DNA of 63,899 nucleotides, the filler included, from Octopus bimaculoides (lineage: Eukaryota): assembly GCF_001194135.2 (NCBI RefSeq). It is 5 parts of 4 records of this genome, joined end to end, with 100 filler letters (N's around TTAATTAATTAA, not from the genome) between each part and the next. Parts side by side here need not be neighbours in the genome. Positions count along the whole stretch, not along the records: positions 1 to 17,307 come from NC_068996.1; positions 17,408 to 44,244 come from NC_068981.1; 3 more parts are not named here. One strand, written 5' to 3'. Position 1 is the first letter of the stretch, and the number at the start of each line of letters is the position of its first letter. Below, in pieces: positions 13,201 through 27,140 of this stretch. The translations under genes were made by a program, and so were the position numbers. The notes under the pieces are model-generated. The model was not told where the DNA came from and did not search any database. It worked only from the letters and a program-made list of their open reading frames with translations.

Positions 13201-14076
13201 AAACAACTAAGTAGATGCCATCGATATGTCACTGCAGTCGATTTTAGTTTTCATCTTTTCAAGGCTAATAAAATAATTACCAGTTGTGAATGCAAGTAAT
13301 TACATCGTGTGTTCTTTTTACGAAAATATGCCGATAAACTTTATATCATATTTTTTTTAAGAGTCATCATACTGAAGAAGATCCTGGTGATATCCTTGAG
13401 AAGTACACTGGAGCTTGACATGGAATTTTCCGGGGGAAATATGAGGATGTAGTTTACTCTTGACAATGTGGTTTACCCTTGACAAAGTTTGACAGACATG
13501 ACTAGGAATGTAACGGAGCAAATATGACAAAATATTTTTGTCCCACTCGATGCTCTGGCATTGCTTTCAATCCTGAACTAATATCTCATTTTATTGAAGC
13601 CGAAGGATAAAATTCAAAGTTAACCTCGCTGGAATTTGAAAGTTCAGTAACAAATAGCGCAAAGCGTTTAGGCCAACGTTCTGATCATTCTACTAATCGA
13701 CTGGTACTTTGGATTGGTGCTTTGTTTTACGATTCTCAGAAAGCCGAAAGACAATTGGTAGGATTTGAATCTAGAAGGTAAGAAACGACTACAAATATCG
13801 TTATGCTTCACAAACTTCTATCAATAAATCGACCCGAATAAATACTCTATTTTATTCAGACAAGACCGATAAGTAAGTTTCATATTGACAGGAACTGATC
13901 TCAGAATTGAAAGAGCCGAAAAATATCCAGAAAATCATTTTGACGAAGTCTGTCAATTACGTCAAACCATTATTTTGGATGGGCACTTTATCAATCTCAG
14001 AGTGCTGAAAAATAAATTTGGCATGAATGGGATTTGAGTTCGAGATGTAAAGCTTAGAGAATTTTACATTATTTAG

Positions 14077-14298
14077 ATTATTTACATTTGACGGATATTT
14101 GCCCTCATCTTGTTTGTTGTTAACACCACGTTTCGGCTATATACCCTCCAGCGTTCATCAGGTGTCTTGGGAAATTTCGAAACTGAGTTTCATTCTTAAG
14201 GTATTTTCCGATGTTATTATTATGCCCGTGGGCATATGGCGAAACGTTGTGTTAACAACAAACAAGATGAGGACAAATATCCGTCAAATGTAAATAAT
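14077..14298. mobile_element. Penelope-like (PLE) terminal remnant with inverted arms
   Basis: attatttacatttgacggatatttg.cctcatcttgtttgttgttaacac.acgtttcg (14077-14135) mirrors 14240-14298; contains a hammerhead motif. Confidence 0.75.
14123..14165 (-). ncRNA. Minimal type I hammerhead ribozyme motif (probably degenerate)
   Basis: acac-CUGAUGA-a.gcu..agcc-GAAA-CG-U-G-gugu; helix I acac/gugu; cleavage triplet reads GUG here but GUU in the partial mirror copy at 14240-14252. Confidence 0.7.
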
Positions 14299-14950
14299 GT
14301 AAATAATGTACATAATTCCTCTTCTCTTAAATATAGAACTGTATTAGAGAATTTTGTCTAAAATAAAATAGCCTGGAACGTTTAATCTGCTACTATAAAC
14401 ATTCTCTTAATTAAGAACCATATCTGCTCATTTATAATTATTCATATGCTTAAATGATAATCAATTCCAATCTTAAAAAGTCGAATCCAAAGTGATATTT
14501 TCCAACATCTTCTAGAGTTGTACACTATTTTATCTACTAAGTGGTAGCAAGGTGAGTAAATTAAGACGTTAATGTGAAATGATATTATACATACGGAGGT
14601 AACAATATTACATGCAAGCAACAAAGCAGTTGTATGGTAACAATCTACAAAACTGAAGGTAGCCTACTGAGGTTCCATGCAATCCAAAGGAAACATTAGG
14701 GGAACACACACACACAAACACACGAATATATGTGTATATGTGCATATGTATGGTGTATATATGTACGCATATATATGTGTATAAATGCTTATATACAGAA
14801 TCCTCCTCCCCCCCATATATACATATAAATATTTATATGTATACATGTAAAAGTATCTAAGCTTATATTTGCATACACATACTTTATATCATATACGTAT
14901 ATATGTATATATAAGTATGTATATATATATATATACATACATATGTATGA

Positions 14951-14996
<46 letters not shown>

Positions 14997-15727
14997 GAGA
15001 ATTCACAAAAAACAACAGACGAAGACAGGTGGTGTAGAAAGCAAATAGATGTATTAGTATATATATATATATATATATATATTCATGTGTGTGTCTGTGT
15101 GTGTCTGTGTGTGCGCGTGTGTGTGCGTATGTGAGTGTACATGTGTGAGTGCTTGTCTCATTAAGTGAGGTTAGTTTAAGCTTTAGAGAACCCGAGAGAG
15201 TAAAACGTGTTATTTTATCTTGGGAATTACTAATCATATGTTTTTCAGATATTTACCTGTCATTTACTAGATCTAATAAAGTTAATAGGTGAAACCTTTA
15301 CTCGAGAGACTTCAATTTTTTTAAGTCATACAAGTAAATTTTCATGAATATGCATAGACAAAACGGTGCTAAGTAATAGAAGTTATCGTTAATTAGTTTT
15401 GGTGTATGTTGTTCATTTGTTATACCCAATGGTAAAGGTATGATTAAAAGTCAGTGTGTGTGTATATGTAAAACAGATTCATTTTTTTTTTTAAGTGGAG
15501 AAGAAAATGTACACAAATTACTCCTAATATTTTTACATATTGCTACACAAAATGTTAAACTTTGAATGGAAGAGAAAAAGAACTTATGAACAATCTAATA
15601 GTCACGTGATATTTGTGTGTATGTGTGTGTGTGTATGTGTGTGTGTGTATTTATACATGAGATTTTATACACACCTATACATATATATGTATCAATATAC
15701 ACATGTATATATATACATATACAGATA

Positions 15728-15830
<103 letters not shown>

Positions 15831-16807
15831 GTCTGTCTGTCTGTCTCTGTCTGTCTGTCTGACTGTCTGTCTCTGTCTGTCTGTCTGTCTGTCTGTCAAT
15901 CTCTCTCTCTCTCTCTCTCACTATATATANNNNNNNNNNNNNNNNNNNNNNNNNNNNNNNNNNNNNNNNNNNNNNNNNNNNNNNNNNNNNNNNNNNNNNN
16001 NNNNNNNNNNNNNNNNNNNNNNNNNNNNNNNNNNNNNNNNNNNNNNNNNNNNNNNNNNNNNNNNNNNNNNNNNNNNNNNNNNNNNNNNNNNNNNNNNNNN
16101 NNNNNNNNNNNNNNNNNNNNNNNNNNNNNNNNNNNNNNNNNNNNNNNNNNNNNNNNNNNNNNNNNNNNNNNNNNNNNNNNNNNNNNNNNNNNNNNNNNNN
16201 NNNNNNNNNNNNNNNNNNNNNNNNNNNNNNNNNNNNNNNNNNNNNNNNNNNNNNNNNNNNNNNNNNNNNNNNNNNNNNNNNNNNNNNNNNNNNNNNNNNN
16301 NNNNNNNNNNNNNNNNNNNNNNNNNNNNNNNNNNNNNNNNNNNNNNNNNNNNNNNNNNNNNNNNNNNNNNNNNNNNNNNNNNNNNNNNNNNNNNNNNNNN
16401 NNNNNNNNNNNNNNNNNNNNNNNNNNNNNNNNNNNNNNNNNNNNNNNNNNNNNNNNNNNNNNNNNNNNNNNNNNNNNNNNNNNNNNNNNNNNNNNNNNNN
16501 NNNNNNNNNNNNNNNNNNNNNNNNNNNNNNNNNNNNNNNNNNNNNNNNNNNNNNNNNNNNNNNNNNNNNNNNNNNNNNNNNNNNNNNNNNNNNNNNNNNN
16601 NNNNNNNNNNNNNNNNNNNNNNNNNNNNNNNNNNNNNNNNNNNNNNNNNNNNNNNNNNNNNNNNNNNNNNNNNNNNNNNNNNNNNNNNNNNNNNNNNNNN
16701 NNNNNNNNNNNTATATATATATACATATATACATAAGTATTTTAAGTTAGAAATGGCCTGCACTAATTTTGGGTCGAAACATATGGAAGTTTATTTAAGT
16801 TTGTCTT

Positions 16808-16867
<60 letters not shown>

Positions 16868-17226
16868 TGTATTTATACATATGTATGTAGATATATGTGT
16901 GTGTGATCATTTGTATACACACACATATATGTGCACACAAATATGTACATGTACATGTATGTATACATTCGTATAAATGTGTTTGTGTGTGTGTGCGTAT
17001 GTGTGTGCATGAGTGTGTGTGTATGTGAATAAGTGTATGTGTTTCTGTGTTTGTATGAATATATTTCTTAAGCATGGCTTTGTGGTGAATATGTTATTTC
17101 GCAACCTCGCTTAACATTCAGTGACTGTGCAGCATATTGTGTAATTGCTGCATGATATAACCCGGGCTGACTAATGTCTTTCGAGTGAATTTGGTTAACT
17201 AGAACTGCATAAAAATTTCATATATG

Positions 17227-17307
<81 letters not shown>

Positions 17308-17407
17308 NNNNNNNNNNNNNNNNNNNNNNNNNNNNNNNNNNNNNNNNNNNNTTAATTAATTAANNNNNNNNNNNNNNNNNNNNNNNNNNNNNNNNNNNNN
17401 NNNNNNN
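17308..17407. other. Artificial 100-bp scaffold spacer (44 N + TTAATTAATTAA + 44 N)
   Basis: Six-frame-stop 12-mer centred in an exact 100-bp gap; identical at three other sites. Confidence 0.95.
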
Positions 17408-17500
17408 GTGTGCGTGTGTGTGTTTGTGTGTGTATTTGTATGTGTGTGTGTGTGTGAGTGTTTGGGTGTGTGTGTGAGTGTTTGTGTGTGTGTGTGTGTG

Positions 17501-17545
<45 letters not shown>

Positions 17546-18376
17546 ATATACTTTCAGCACACACGTATATGCTGTATTGTTTATATACAAGCTGTAACGT
17601 TGTTGATAACGTATTTCAGAAATTCGAAGAGAGCTTTACCCCTTAGCTCTTGAACAGCTTTATAACATTTTAGCCCTATTTAATTATATTATATGCTTTT
17701 TTATTATCAAACTATCTTCAATTTTACTGGAAGCGATGATCGGAATCTGGGTTTAAGAGGATCTCATTTATAATGTTTTTAGGTTTCACTTATTCTGACG
17801 AAATGATAAAAGTTTCTGCATGATACAAACACAAATAGCAGAGAAATTCGTATTATGAATTCAAAGCGAATCTACTATTATAGAGAATACAAATTCAACA
17901 AGCAGACAGTTTTCCACTACGCAAGCATCAAATGCGTCTTCTTTTTAAGAAAACTTGCATTTTCATTTACCATCTCTGTTCACCGAAAATACTGGCGAGC
18001 CGTATGTCGCATTCTTTGTGATGTTAAGATTTTGTTTCTGTCATATAGATGCAGCTGCCTATTATTACGGTATATAACTTTGCTCTATATATCATATCAA
18101 ATGCTTTTATATTATACTATTCACAAATATACATATTTTAAAATGGAGACGGGTGCAGATATATTCTATTTTTTGCAATATTTTATTCCAGTTGGCAAAT
18201 TCCTGCAGATAACATTCAGAATTGTATCTTTTTTTCCCATATAAAACACATGAAAATATATATATTTTTTTATTTTTACAATCTTTTGGGAGTAGCTGAA
18301 GAGATGGGAAATCTCCCCTGTTAGTCTGACATGCATCATATGTCTCCCAATATAATTCTTTCTTTCTGTACCTCTA

Positions 18377-18429
<53 letters not shown>

Positions 18430-18444
18430 ATGCATGTATGCATG

Positions 18445-18660
18445 AAGGCGGTGAGCTGACAAAATCGTCAGCACTCCGGGCCAAATGCTTAGCGGCATTT
18501 TATCCGTCTTTTTGTTCTGAGCTCAAATTCCTCCGAGGTCAATTTTACCTTTCATCCTTTCACGGTCGATAAAATAAGTACCAGTTGAGCACTGGGGTCG
18601 ATGTAATCGACTTGACCTTCTTCCAAAATTGCTGGCCTTGTACCAAAATTTGAGATCGAT
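18445..18660 (+). mobile_element. tRNA-derived SINE family B, near full length, CpG-rich
   Basis: ggcggtgagctgac...gagctcaaattcc head; related copies at 5095, ~13560, 20942, 29865 and ~56740-57360. Confidence 0.85.
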
Positions 18661-18748
18661 TTGTATGTATGTATGTATGTATGTATGTGTTTCAATGCAT
18701 TATGCAGTCAAATCGAATAATCAAACATTAAAAATAACAATAACAAAA

Positions 18749-18945
18749 TGTTATATCACACGTGCGGATAACCTCTACTTAACTCACACTTCCGACGACT
18801 TGACTCTACCGAACTTGACGTCTAGTCTACCGACGGCTCCGTTCCGATCTTCCACTCTTGCGCTCTCCGCTCAGCTCGACACTTTTCGTCTGGCTATTTA
18901 TACGTATTGGACTAGCCTACTTATCGCCTGGGGGGCGTACACACA
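18749..18945 (-). mobile_element. Solo-LTR-like short repeat (TG...CA ends, TATAAATA)
   Basis: Minus strand tgtgtgtacgccccccaggcgataagtaggctagtccaatacgtataaatag...ataaca aligns with 36333-36485. Confidence 0.55.
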
Positions 18946-19173
18946 ACACAAAACAACAAGAGGACGTACACAAGGTATGTATTGTTTTGAAGCTCGTTAA
19001 AGGTGGAAAAAAAGGGAGGGTTTTTGACGATTCTAACATAGCTCTTCATCAAGAAAGAAAACGGAAAAGTCTAGGGAAGGAAACATTTCACCAACAGCGC
19101 GTGTACTGTTACATGACATGTATCAATCTATAAAAACACTATACAATAGAAAAATGGAAAAAAAAATAATTAC

Positions 19174-19372
19174 CTTGAAGCAAAATGCTGGCACAGAAAA
19201 GGGCCTTCTCACCTAGCTGCAGTTGAAAGGAATTTACTTTATCGGCCAATGCTACGTGTTCTGTGAGAAGAAGCTGAGCCTCCTCGCATAAATTCGTTAA
19301 TTTTCTGCTCACTAAAAATTGTCGCATGCGGCCAAATAATTGAATACCATGCTGGTCAACAGCAGTGTGCAT
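19174..19372 (-). CDS. Nuclear hormone receptor LBD exon (end of helix 5 to helix 8)
   Basis: ttgtttcAG acceptor, G|GTAATT donor; 199 nt, phase 0 to phase 1; MHTAVDQHG...LADKVNSFQLQLGEKALFCASILLQ matches the helix 7-8 pattern (LNxLxLxxxExALFxAxxLL); splices in frame to the 26232 exon. Confidence 0.85.
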
Positions 19373-19599
19373 CTGAAACAATAGAACGTATATAAAATAG
19401 TGGTGGAAATGTAACAAAATTCTTTAATCCGTATAAAATAATTTAGAATGCCTTGTGTCAATTTGTGATTCAGAAACTCAGCGTTGTTGCATGCACAAAG
19501 CATAAAACATTTTCTATTTTCATGATTGTATGTAAATTAGTAAAATCTTTGAAATTCTGGAGATCTGTTATCATTTGAAACTGTATAACCTAATAAAAT

Positions 19600-19837
19600 A
19601 TTATTATTATTGTTATTACTATTATTATTGTTCAGTAGTTTATTTTTATAACGTGCTTTCACTTCACTACCGAGCGCAGCTTTGTGTGCCTTGGGTATGT
19701 GCTGTGGTTTGCTGTGATGTTCTTATGGTTACTGTATTGAAAGTGTTTTGCGTAGGATGTGTGCAGTGCCCAGTAGTGCAATCTTCTGTATGCTATATAT
19801 ATTTATAAGTCCTGGTGTTTTTGTTATATATTTGTCT
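19600..19837 (-). mobile_element. R4-like LINE 3' end with (TAA)n tail
   Basis: DKYITKTPGLINIYSIQKIALLGTAHILRKTLSIQ*, 3' UTR, then (TAA)n at ~19600-19630. Confidence 0.9.
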
Positions 19838-20930
19838 GAAGAAGAAGAAGAAGAAGAAGAAGAAGAAGAAGAAGAAGAAGAAGAAGAAGAAGAAGAAGAA
19901 GAAGAAGAAGAAGAAGAAGAAGAAGCATATAGACGTTGCATAGTATACAATATCGTGAGGTTGTTGATTGAAGTTATTGTGTCTGCCGGGGTTTTGTACA
20001 ATTTGTCAAGTCTCAACAAGGACTTCAGACAGACAGTACTTTACGCAATATACGTGCAGCTCCAAGTAATGCCGACTTTTGCAATACATCTAGCTTGTTG
20101 GGTATCTCTAAGGTTTACGGATGTTTTATTCAGATTGGGTGGTATTGAACCCAATGCTCCGATGACAGTAGGGATAATCTTTAAGTTCGACTCTCGTAGC
20201 TGCCACAACTTAGCGATCTCAATTCACAGGTCTCCATATTTATCAACTTTTTCTCTTTCTTTTATGATGATATGTCGATCCCCTGGCACTGCTAGGTCGA
20301 TTACTAGGCACTCTTGTTTGTCCCTCCTAAAGGTTACTATATCCGGCCTTCGGTGAACTAACACTTTGTTTAGAAATCAAAGTCCCAGAGGATTTTTGCC
20401 TTCCCCTTTTCGTCCATTACCTTTTCCAATGTATGTTGGTACCAAGCACCTACGACCTCATATCCATACTTACGGCATAGTAGCCAGTGGAGGTTTTGGG
20501 CTACTTTGTCGTGACTACGCTTGTACTCTTTCTGCGCAAGACTTTCACAAGCACTAACAATGTGAGTCACAATTTCGACTCTCTTCCCACACATTCTGCA
20601 GCGGTCCGATGCACTTATGTGGTATATATTCTTTTTCACTGAGTTGGTATTCAATGCCTGCTTCTGGGCCGCGATTATTAGACTTTCAGTATTCTTTTTT
20701 GGGTCAACCTTCTGGAGCCACCTCCATGATGCTCCCTTGTGTTTTAATTTGTCGGTTTCACCGTGGAACTGACTATGCAGTTCCATACGGATTTCTTGTT
20801 CGAAATTCATGAGCACACTCAAGTCCATTTTTGTTAACTCCTTCTGCATTAGTAGCATACTGTAGCAGGTATTCTTTACTGTTTACCAAATATTCTGCCA
20901 TGTTTCTTCTTTCACTGTTGATGCACACCA
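19838..20930 (-). mobile_element. Second R4-like LINE subfamily (zinc knuckle + RLE) ending in (TTC)n
   Basis: ESLIIAAQKQALNTN, CRMCGKRVEIVTHIVSAC (CCHC), HDKVAQNLHWLLCRKYG, KILWDFDF..RRPDIV..VIDLAVPGD; distinct 3' UTR runs into (TTC)n at 19838-19925. Confidence 0.92.
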
Positions 20931-20941
20931 TTATTACTATT

Positions 20942-21085
20942 AAGGCGGCGGGCTGGCAGAATCGTTAGCACGCCGGGCAGAAGTGTTAGCGGCATTTCAT
21001 CCGTCTTTACGTTCTGAGTTCAAATTCCGCCGAGTTGGACTTTGGTTTTTATCCTTTCAAGGTCGATGAAATAAATTGACCGCGG
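20942..21085 (+). mobile_element. SINE family B, 5' part
   Basis: ggcggcgggctggcagaatcgttagcacgccgggc...gagttcaaattccgcc. Confidence 0.8.
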
Positions 21086-21326
21086 CGGAATTTTAACTTA
21101 TGCTGTTGTAAAGAATTTAATTTAATTTTTCTTTCTTTCCTTTTAGATATCACCTGTCCGAAAAATTTTACCTGACACGTCTGGCAATTAAGGGAATATA
21201 GGCTACTGTATCCTACATTTAAAAGGAGAGAATATATTATATTCTACATCTTCTCTTGAATGAAAGATAAAGCTAGAAGCTTCTATATTTGATTGAACTA
21301 TAGGCAATTAAAATTTGAAGTTTAAA

Positions 21327-21405
<79 letters not shown>

Positions 21406-22668
21406 ACACAGGCAAGGGCGGATGCGCGCACGTAAATACACACACACACATACACAGCTTGGCTTTTAAACGACAAAACTTGCATTGGAAGCGTTCTGTA
21501 TGAAAAGCACTGAATAACTAATATACCATATAAACTAATCATTGAAAGAAGTCATAATTTTTGAATTGTTTTTAAATGTTTCGTCTTCGAATCAAACAAT
21601 GTTGAGGAGTACATAGTTATGCATTGCGATGAATCTATGCACTGTTTTCGATTCCGGCTTGAAGATATGCCTGACCTCAACATAAATGTGAACAGACGAT
21701 ATTTAAATAATTCTTTGAAGAATTAGGGACGCAATAAGACCAAAACATCGTTTTGTTTTACGTATACACCAAGATAATGAATGTTAAACTGACTTCTGAT
21801 ATTTAAAGAAAAATATTAAATTCTCTACGATACAAATTACTGATTTCTTTATCGGCAGTGTTGTCACAGATGTCAAGTACACTAGTAACAGTAAATATTT
21901 GATAGCGATGGCTTAATATTATCATCCTTTTGTCTTTGCTTCATTTAATGCTGCTACTGAACAACCGTTTTCAGTGACATTATAACTTTACAGCTGTCAG
22001 TGTCATCAATAGAGGGTCAGCATAATGTCTCAATTTCATTGATTTGCATTTGTCATCACCATCACTACTGAGTTTCCATTGACATTAATATTATTGAAAC
22101 GCAATTTTCATTGACATGGAGAGTTTACCAGTCTAATGGATACACTTATAAAATCAAATTCTCTTTATGAAAGAAACGACGGCTACCTGCATTACAGAAA
22201 TTTACAAATGAATTATATGAACTACTATACTACATTATATCGTAACGTTTATTGAATTTTTCCAATAAATAATTCTGCACAGAAGTTTACAAAGCTACTT
22301 TCTGCTAGATGTACGACGTAAACCTATTAGGCTCTTATGTAGATTAACTGCGAAATCTACCGTCGCTGAAAATACTCTAAAGGCCTGTGATATCAATCGT
22401 TCAGCTGCAAATGAAACAAGCTAATCACATCACTTACCACTCTAGCATGCCATTATTAATATTATGGGGATTTAACAATTTCACGGACTTAGTATTATCT
22501 TCTATATAATTTCGCTATATCAAAACAGCAAAGAATATAAGTTGATCAGTTAAAACATGGTCTAAGTTAAAATGGATATATAGAACTGCTACCGTCGATA
22601 TATTATTGAATATTTACTGTTCAATTGTAGTAAAAAAATCACGCTAAGTAATAACTAGTAAATAATAA

Positions 22669-22747
<79 letters not shown>

Positions 22748-22960
22748 TTAAGTATAAAAATAAGTAATCTATATTATGCACAAATAATATGTAATAATAA
22801 CGAATAAGATATTTCTTATACATTTAAAATACAATTTAGAACAAATACTCAAATAAATAGTCATCTGTGCGATTACATTCCCTGTGATTATGGTATATAA
22901 GAAGGGCAAACGGTAAACAACCTGGGATATAAACACACACGCACACATACATACATACAT

Positions 22961-23034
<74 letters not shown>

Positions 23035-23798
23035 NNNNNNNNNNNNNNNNNNNNNNNNNNNNNNNNNNNNNNNNNNNNNNNNNNNNNNNNNNNNNNNNNN
23101 NNNNNNNNNNNNNNNNNNNNNNNNNNNNNNNNNNNNNNNNNNNNNNNNNNNNNNNNNNNNNNNNNNNNNNNNNNNNNNNNNNNNNNNNNNNNNNNNNNNN
23201 NNNNNNNNNNNNNNNNNNNNNNNNNNNNNNNNNNNNNNNNNNNNNNNNNNNNNNNNNNNNNNNNNNNNNNNNNNNNNNNNNNNNNNNNNNNNNNNNNNNN
23301 NNNNNNNNNNNNNNNNNNNNNNNNNNNNNNNNNNNNNNNNNNNNNNNNNNNNNNNNNNNNNNNNNNNNNNNNNNNNNNNNNNNNNNNNNNNNNNNNNNNN
23401 NNNNNNNNNNNNNNNNNNNNNNNNNNNNNNNNNNNNNNNNNNNNNNNNNNNNNNNNNNNNNNNNNNNNNNNNNNNNNNNNNNNNNNNNNNNNNNNNNNNN
23501 NNNNNNNNNNNNNNNNNNNNNNNNNNNNNNNNNNNNNNNNNNNNNNNNNNNNNNNNNNNNNNNNNNNNNNNNNNNNNNNNNNNNNNNNNNNNNNNNNNNN
23601 NNNNNNNNNNNNNNNNNNNNNNNNNNNNNNNNNNNNNNNNNNNNNNNNNNNNNNNNNNNNNNNNNNNNNNNNNNNNNNNNNNNNNNNNNNNNNNNNNNNN
23701 NNNNNNNNNNNNNNNNNNNNNNNNNNNNNNNNNNNNNNNNNNNNNNNNNNNNNNNNNNNNNNNNNNNNNNNNNNNNNNNNNNNNNNNNNNNNNNNNNN

Positions 23799-23862
<64 letters not shown>

Positions 23863-26231
23863 GTGCACTGGGTAGTTTTGGACAGAAATTCAGAGAGTGA
23901 AAAACGACGCAGCTAAAATTTATGTTATGCGACAAACGCCAAACTACTTTTTTCACATCCTTTCAGATGTATCGACCACATCAACAATGCTTATATCTAG
24001 CACGAGAACTAAAACAAAACGCTGCTTGCTGGCTCCTGCTCATGTCACTCCACACAAAAACAACAGCACTCATATGTGAACCGCGGGAACACCATCCGTT
24101 CTCTTCCATGACGAGGACGTCCAATATGCAGAAGTTCTCAGAGTTTAAAATACGAACTAGAGATAGCGTAATATGTGGGAGTCATATAATTCTTCACAGT
24201 TCTGCGGAAACTTTCTGGACATGAAATTCCCTCAACTAATCTCATATGATTTGTACTGCATGTCATCGTCCATCAGACGTCTGGTAGTGAACTTCACCAC
24301 CTTGTGGTGCTCCACATTCTTCCTTATCGACTCACTGTGGTTTTCGTTAACTGATATCCCGGTGGATCTACTGAACGAGCTTGGTCATCCTGAGAACGTT
24401 TACCACAGAGAATCTTTCTTTCTTGTAGCTACGGATAACACGTATTCGCAAGAGAACTCCAGCCCTTTTCCCATTCTGAACAACAATAATCTGACCACGT
24501 TCAAAACATACCGATCTTCAAGACGCTATGATTAGCGGATAAACTCAAGAGAAAAGCATGCCTTTCACTTACTATATCTGACGAAAATTCAGTCACGAAT
24601 ATGTCAGACAGAGAAATGAAAAAGTTAGTGCGGTATATATAGTATTACATTAGATCATCTTTTCTTTATGGCCTATTGTAGTTAAAAATTACCCAGCGAA
24701 CTGTGTATTTGGCAAAAACCAAATCTGTCAGAAAACGCAAAGACTTAGAACTTTTCTAGTGATAACGATGATATTCATGTTAGATTGATAGCAATTTAAT
24801 TGTCATATCAAAAAGCATGACATATACATATAATGGATATTAAAACCATGTTTATTGCTATCAATAGACTGAATAAACTTATGTATATTTTAAGAAATTT
24901 CTTAAAAAAGGTGCTTCACATATAGAAAAATACCGATGAAATTATAAGCGCTTTTTCAAAATACAACGACATATATATAATTGTATGCAACCAGAAGACT
25001 ACTATTTTCTTTGCGTGTAGAAAAGTAATTGTTTGAAATTCATATATTGCTAATGAGATTTGCATCCTAAAATGATAAAAGTAGAACAACAAACCAGATG
25101 GTCAATGAAAGTATGGAACGGTGTCTACCCGATCGAACACCTTGTTAGGAATGATACCTAAATCACGATCAAATCTCACGCTAATTTCTAAAAAGATGGA
25201 AGAGCTGACTCGATAATGTTATCCTGGTGAGAATGACACTGAACATACATATATTCAATTAGCACTAACCAGGTTGTAGATTCTGTTAAGCGGAGATTAA
25301 ACAACAAGCAAAACAAAATAAGAATATATTTTTTCAAATTAGTGACGTTTCATCAGAATGAAGATCAATAAAAACTGGTCCAGTATTGAAGTGTAAATAC
25401 AATAGATGTGCTCTTGTCTTTGTTGTGCCTACTAGGCATATCGAAAGAAATATCAACGCCTAATAATTCACTGTCTTATTGTTATATATTAGCTGCAGCA
25501 GGGGAAAATATTTCAATGACAACCTCGTTAAGGTGTGTTTAAGTGATATTGAAGCACGGTGTGCTATCTTGCATTTTGCGTGCGAAATATCTGCCGTAAG
25601 CAGTTTTCATAGAATAAAAAAATATATGGCAATCCTTAAATATTGCTTTGAAAGTAAATTTTATGATTTGAAATACATTCCAATATTCATACGTCAATGC
25701 ATACATTTGTATATATATAAATATAATTATAAGTGTGCTTATATATGTGTATGTAATCCCCGGGAAAAACACAGATGCATGCATGCACGCATGCATACAT
25801 TCATAAATGCATGTATATATATATATATAATTGCATATACACAAGATAAGGTAGCTATTGACACAGTTAACTTTTTCGTGTAGCATCCCTTATAACCTTG
25901 AAATTTACTGAAAGAAACAAAAACTTGTTGGATAGACATTTTGATACTAGCTTGATTTTTCAGGCGAAATTGACAATCTAAAATGCTATTAGACAAAACT
26001 CCTAGTGAAATAGCAAAGATTAAACCTATTTATATGCTTATGCTTGTTTAAAACGAAACAACTTTCTTACAGCTATTATCATTTTGCTAATATAAGATGT
26101 CGATGAATGCAAACTTCATTTTGATTGATGCAGTATATGTACGGCATCCATAACATCTATGAAAACATAAATTGGGGATTGGTATCAGACACAAAAACTT
26201 CAGTAGCATATTTTAACGCATTAATACTTAC

Positions 26232-26447
26232 AAGAAGAGTTGCAACTGGGAAGCTTCCGTGTTTCAAAAGATTAATTTGGTCTGTTAACGGAAGACTTCG
26301 GAATCCAGGTATTTTCTTGACAAATTTTGCGGACGATTCCAAAAGAGGAAGTATCATATCTTGATATGCAAGGAAGACTTGTTGGAATGTTCCAGAGTCT
26401 AAAGATGTAAGTAGTTCCATATCACCGAGAAAACAAGCTATTTCCTG
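26232..26447 (-). CDS. Nuclear hormone receptor LBD exon (helices ~3-5, signature motif)
   Basis: tttAG/cAG acceptor, CTT|GTAAGT donor, 216 nt phase 0-0; QEIACFLGDMELL...KFVKKIPGFRSLPLTDQINLLKHGSFPVATLL contains the NR signature F.KxIPGFxxLxxxDQxxLLK. The subfamily cannot be assigned without a search (NR1-like). Confidence 0.92.
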
Positions 26448-27048
26448 CTAAATATACAATGTAAAATATAAACAGGTATTTGAAGATAGGTATTTAAATG
26501 AGTGTAAAACAAATAAATGCTCCTATTTCTTATAGCTTAAACAAAACAATAATATGAAAATCGCATTATATTAATGTAATGATATAACAACGTTATTAAT
26601 ATCATATACGTGCGACAGCTTATTAATGTAGAATAACATTATATTATTGCAAATCTGACATTAGACTGTTGTATTACTGTATCTGTGACATCATATATTG
26701 GTCCTTCAGGGGTCATAATTTAGATATTACACAACTAATTTTGGCAACATATTAATAGATGTATGATGTTATTTTACGGTGCATACAACATCATAATACT
26801 ACACGACTGAAATTTTCTGTAACTATGATATTATATTTGTTTAAACCGATGTTAACTATCACTGTTAAATCAGAAGAGTGTTACGACGACACTATATTAC
26901 GGTAAATATTATATCAACCTAGCTGGCCCCGTCCAGTCAATTACGAGAGCTAATTGTAGCATTTTAAAGTTGAAACGCTGTTTGATTTTTCTTTTCAGCA
27001 TTGAATGTTCCCCATCCCACTTTCATTGCCCGCACACACACAGACACA

Positions 27049-27140
<92 letters not shown>

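Noticed and set aside
17352-17363. TTAATTAATTAA as a conserved biological motif (four copies)
   Set aside because: Always centred in an exact 44+12+44 gap; a synthetic six-frame-stop linker.
25860-25985. DCQFRLKNQASIKMSIQQ as the receptor helix-9 exon
   Set aside because: It lies upstream of the helix 5-8 exon and in the wrong phase for the 26232 donor.
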